DNA of 64,000 nucleotides from Legionellales bacterium (GTDB lineage Bacteria; Pseudomonadota; Gammaproteobacteria; M30B25): NCBI GenBank assembly GCA_047404175.1, contig JBDOIW010000036.1, positions 4,351 to 68,350 of the forward strand, read 5' to 3'. Shown piece by piece: positions 60,449 to 64,000 of this stretch (position 1 is its first letter; each line of letters starts with the position of its first letter). The notes under the pieces were generated by a model. It saw only the letters and a program-made list of their open reading frames with translations, ran no database searches and was not told where the DNA came from. The position numbers and the translations under genes were made by a program.

Positions 60449-61708
60449 TTATGCCTGCTTTTCTTCATGTGAATACACAAAAATGGGTTCAGATCGTCCT
60501 TCAACCACTGCTTCACTGATAATCACTTTATCAACATCCTGCATATCAGGAAGATGGAACATCACATCCATCAATATATGCTCGATAATCGAACGCAATC
60601 CCCTAGCACCAGATTGTCTCTTCATCGCTTTTTTTGCAATCGCATGTAATGCCTCATCATGGAACTCAACGTGAGCGTCTTCCATATGAAACAAAGCCTC
60701 ATATTGTTTCACAAGTGCATTACTAGGCTCTCTTAAGATACGCACTAGAGCAGCTTCATTCAGCTCTTCCAGTGTTGCAACCACTGGCATACGTCCAATA
60801 AACTCAGGAATGAGACCAAAACGAGTTAAATCTTCAGGTTCGACCTTGCCCATTAAATCACTGAAGGAAAGTTTATCTTCTTTACCTCGTACTGATGCCC
60901 CAAAACCAATTCCAGTATCGCCTAAACGCGACTGAACAATGGCATCTAAACCTTGGAAAGCACCGCCACAGATAAACAAGATATTAGACGTATCGACATG
61001 AAGATACTCTTGTTGAGGGTGCTTGCGTCCTCCTTGGGGAGGAATAGCTGCAACAGTTCCTTCAATGAGTTTCAATAAGGCTTGCTGAACTCCTTCACCT
61101 GACACATCACGAGTAATGGATGGATTATCTGATTTACGAGAGATCTTATCAATCTCGTCAATGTAGATAATACCACGCTCAGCTTTTTTAACGTCATAAT
61201 CGCATTTTTGCAACAAACGCTGCACGATAGTTTCAACGTCCTCGCCCACATAACCAGCCTCGGTAAGGGTCGTTGCATCCGCAATGGCAAAAGGCACATC
61301 TAAAACACGCGCTAGTGTTTGCGCCATAAGGGTTTTACCACTCCCTGTAGGCCCTATAAGCAAAATATTACTTTTGGCAATCTCAATCCCGTCAGGTGCT
61401 TCTCGATAAAGTCTCTTATAGTGGTTATACACTGCAACAGATAGAGCTTTCTTAGCGTAGTCTTGACCGATGATATAATCTTCAAGCGCTTGATGAATTT
61501 CGCCTGGTGTTGGTAATTTATCGCGAGTTTCAGGCACATCTTGCACCGCATTGACTAGCGTATCGTGCCCTTCTTCTTCTGATAATATATCATGGCAAAG
61601 GGTCACACATTCGTCACAGATATAACCATTTGTCCCTGCAATTAATTTTACTACTTCATCTTGATGCTTACCGCAAAAAGAACAGGATGCATCTTGGTGT
61701 TCACTCAT
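60449..61708 (-). CDS. clpX: ATP-dependent Clp protease ATPase ClpX
   Basis: CSFCGK zinc domain, [16 protein letters not shown] loop. Confidence 0.99.
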   Translation of the reverse strand: MSEHQDASCSFCGKHQDEVVKLIAGTNGYICDECVTLCHDILSEEEGHDTLVNAVQDVPETRDKLPTPGEIHQALEDYIIGQDYAKKALSVAVYNHYKRLYREAPDGIEIAKSNILLIGPTGSGKTLMAQTLARVLDVPFAIADATTLTEAGYVGEDVETIVQRLLQKCDYDVKKAERGIIYIDEIDKISRKSDNPSITRDVSGEGVQQALLKLIEGTVAAIPPQGGRKHPQQEYLHVDTSNILFICGGAFQGLDAIVQSRLGDTGIGFGASVRGKEDKLSFSDLMGKVEPEDLTRFGLIPEFIGRMPVVATLEELNEAALVRILREPSNALVKQYEALFHMEDAHVEFHDEALHAIAKKAMKRQSGARGLRSIIEHILMDVMFHLPDMQDVDKVIISEAVVEGRSEPIFVYSHEEKQA

Positions 61709-61712
61709 AGTA

Positions 61713-62339
61713 TTACTCTTCAGTTACTGTCAGTTTTTCATCAACCATACGCTTTTCATGAATCGCATCAACAATACCGTACTCTAGAGCAGATTCTGCA
61801 GAAAGGAAGTTATCACGATTAACATCTTGTTCGATTTTGTTAATCGCCTTGCCTGTGTGCTTAGATAGGATCGTATTAACCACTTTACTGATACGAATAA
61901 TTTCATTAGCATGAATTTCAATATCAGAGCCCTGCCCCTGAAAGCCACCTAATACTTGATGGATCATCACGGTTGAGTTGGGTAAGCAGTATCGTTTTCC
62001 ATCAGCCCCTGAAGCTAAAAGCAATGCTGCAGCAGAAGCTGCCATGCCTATACAGACTGTGCTTACATTAGGGCGAATAAACTGCATAGTATCGTAAATT
62101 GCAAGTGCAGCAGAGACGGAACCACCTGGAGAATTAATATAGATAGCAATGTCCTGATCGGGATTTTCTGACTCGAGAAACAACAGCTGAGCCACAATAA
62201 GATTGGCCATGTGTTGCTCAATCTCACCTACAAGAAAAATGACGCGATCTTTTAATAGTCTTGAGTAAATATCAAAAGCTCGTTCGCCTCGAGCGCTTTG
62301 CTCAACGACCATGGGGACTAAATTTTGTTGTGCTATCAT
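61713..62339 (-). CDS. clpP: Clp protease proteolytic subunit
   Basis: [20 protein letters not shown] catalytic Ser, MIHQ. Confidence 0.99.
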   Translation of the reverse strand: MIAQQNLVPMVVEQSARGERAFDIYSRLLKDRVIFLVGEIEQHMANLIVAQLLFLESENPDQDIAIYINSPGGSVSAALAIYDTMQFIRPNVSTVCIGMAASAAALLLASGADGKRYCLPNSTVMIHQVLGGFQGQGSDIEIHANEIIRISKVVNTILSKHTGKAINKIEQDVNRDNFLSAESALEYGIVDAIHEKRMVDEKLTVTEE

Positions 62340-62355
62340 GAAATATCCTTGTTTG

Positions 62356-63663
62356 TTATGATTGCTGCATTAAGCTTTCGTAATCAACTTTCTCTTCAGT
62401 TACTTTTGCTTGCTCAAGCACCCAATCGATTGCGATGTCTTCTACCACAACAGATTTGAGCTTTTCCATTTCCTCTGGGTGACTGTGATACCATTGTTTA
62501 ACTTGATCACCATCTTGATATTGTGCAGCAATTTCATCAATTTTTTTGTCGATGTGCGACTGCTCTGGCTTAATATCATTTTGACGAATTAACTCCGCCA
62601 TAATCAACCCTAACTTTACACGTTTATTAGCTTGATCTTCAAAATGCTCACGTGGAAGTTCTGGCAACTGATTTGGCTTCATGCCTTGTTGCTCAAAACG
62701 TTTACGCATATCATCTTGTAACGATGCTATTTCTCGATCAATCATGGCATGTGGCAAATCAAACTCACACTGCTCTGAAAGTGCATCAAAAACAGCTTGC
62801 TTGGCTTTACCTTGTATTGCTTTAGTTGACTCTCGTACCATAGTGGTCTCAAGTTCTTTAACAAGATCTGACATTTCTCCAGAAGCAAGACCAAGCTTTT
62901 TAACAAATTCTGCATCAGCCTCAGGTAATTTTTGCTCTTCTACTGCGTGAACAGTCACATCAAAAACAACTGCCTGACCTGCAAGCTTTTCAGCATGATA
63001 TTCTTTTGGGAAAGTCAAGTTGAGTGAACGACTTTCACCCGCCTTGATCCCCACTAAACCATCTTCAAAACCATCTATGAATTGCTTGGCTCCAAGCGTC
63101 AAATGAGCACCCTCAGCAGTGCCTCCTTCAAAGGGCTCATCATTAAGTTTGCCCACGTAATCCATCAAAACACGATCGCCATTTTGAGCTGCGCGATCGA
63201 CTTTTTCCCAAGTGGCTTGTTGCTCTCTCAACTTCAACACCATGCGTTCTGTTGCGGCATCATCAAGATTACATACGTTTTTGGTAATGGCTAGTTTAGA
63301 CATCTTAGGAAGTTTTACCGTAGGATAAACCTCAAAGCGTGCATTAAACTTCACCACACCTTTATCATCTAGATTAGTGAGCTCATAGTGTGCAGGAGAG
63401 GCCGCATGAAGATCTTTCTCTTCAAGTGCTGCAATAAAATACTTCTGCATCAACTGCTCCATCATTTGCTGCTTCACACCAGCACCATAGTGTTGCTTGA
63501 TTGCTGACACTGGCACTTTGCCTTTGCGGTAGCCTTTAATGTTTTGTGTTTTTGATAAGCGTTGATATTCCTGATCCACTAGAGTATCTAGTTCTTCTTT
63601 AGGAAATTGTGTTTCAAGTGAGTGCTCAAGACGCTCAATTTTTTTTACTTTGACTGCTGCCAT
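62356..63663 (-). CDS. tig: Trigger factor
   Basis: [12 protein letters not shown] domain ([16 protein letters not shown]); start at 63663 below tRNA-Leu. Confidence 0.97.
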   Translation of the reverse strand: MAAVKVKKIERLEHSLETQFPKEELDTLVDQEYQRLSKTQNIKGYRKGKVPVSAIKQHYGAGVKQQMMEQLMQKYFIAALEEKDLHAASPAHYELTNLDDKGVVKFNARFEVYPTVKLPKMSKLAITKNVCNLDDAATERMVLKLREQQATWEKVDRAAQNGDRVLMDYVGKLNDEPFEGGTAEGAHLTLGAKQFIDGFEDGLVGIKAGESRSLNLTFPKEYHAEKLAGQAVVFDVTVHAVEEQKLPEADAEFVKKLGLASGEMSDLVKELETTMVRESTKAIQGKAKQAVFDALSEQCEFDLPHAMIDREIASLQDDMRKRFEQQGMKPNQLPELPREHFEDQANKRVKLGLIMAELIRQNDIKPEQSHIDKKIDEIAAQYQDGDQVKQWYHSHPEEMEKLKSVVVEDIAIDWVLEQAKVTEEKVDYESLMQQS

Positions 63664-63687
63664 ATCCCACCTTTCTATCTTTAGAAT

Positions 63688-63772
63688 TGGTGCGAGAGGA
63701 GAGACTCGAACTCTCACGGGTTGCCCCACTGGAACCTAAATCCAGCGCGTATACCAATTTCGCCACTCTCGC
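63688..63772 (-). tRNA. tRNA-Leu(TAG)
   Basis: GCGAGAG acceptor, CTGGA-TTTAGGT-TCCAG anticodon arm, long variable arm, TTCGA, CCA. Confidence 0.97.
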
Positions 63773-63822
63773 GTTGTCTCTGCCATGACGTATCATGACG
63801 TTTAACTTACCGAAGTAAGCAA

Positions 63823-63899
63823 TGGGGTGGACGATGGGACTTGAACCCACGACGACCGGAATCACAATCCGGGGCTCTACCAACTGAGCTACGCCCACC
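63823..63899 (-). tRNA. tRNA-His(GTG)
   Basis: G-1, CCGGA-TTGTGAT-TCCGG anticodon arm, TTCAA, CCA. Confidence 0.97.
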
Positions 63900-63949
63900 A
63901 CAACTATGGCTAATGCATATTACACCGAAATACTACCAAGTGCAATCTG

Positions 63950-64000
63950 TGGCGCGCCTGGCAGGACTCGAACCTGCAACCCCCGGCTTAGAAGGCCGGT
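63950..64000 (-). tRNA. tRNA-Arg(TCT), partial
   Basis: CCGGC-CTTCTAA-GCCGG anticodon arm, TTCGAGTCC, CCA; 5' end beyond window. Confidence 0.93.

Noticed and set aside
1973-63294. Many 60-145 aa ORFs nested in or antisense to recognised genes
   Set aside because: Shadow frames without recognisable motifs or independent expression signals
63635-63901. 88-aa ORF and the N-terminal extension of tig
   Set aside because: They overlap tRNA-His and tRNA-Leu

Overview
AT-rich gammaproteobacterial chromosome segment. Gene content suggests a Legionellales/Coxiellales-like, probably host-associated organism (Pht-like MFS, eukaryote-type U-box proteins); this placement is inference. The core backbone is rpsF-rpsR-DUF2232-rplI-dnaB-alr-MFS-sdhE, gltA/sdhCDAB-sucAB-acnA, hemF, sucCD, pdxJ, ffs-dnaX-ybaB-recR, dapD-dapE, tRNA(Arg,His,Leu)-tig-clpP-clpX-lon. 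Four accessory blocks stand out. (1) A 10.5-kb tandem array of six paralogous lipoprotein cassettes lies between sdhE and gltA. Each has a conserved N-terminal Cys motif and C-terminal LRR-like module around a largely unrelated central passenger, plus repeated terminator/promoter DNA. A diverged duplicate of the gltA 3' end suggests the array grows by recombination at gltA. (2) A glycan-biosynthesis island carries a formyltransferase-like gene. (3) An effector-like cluster holds two U-box genes and a pentapeptide-repeat protein. (4) A chimeric lon has its protease domain replaced in frame by a Cys-rich foreign domain. No integrase, transposase, reverse transcriptase or CRISPR array was recognised.
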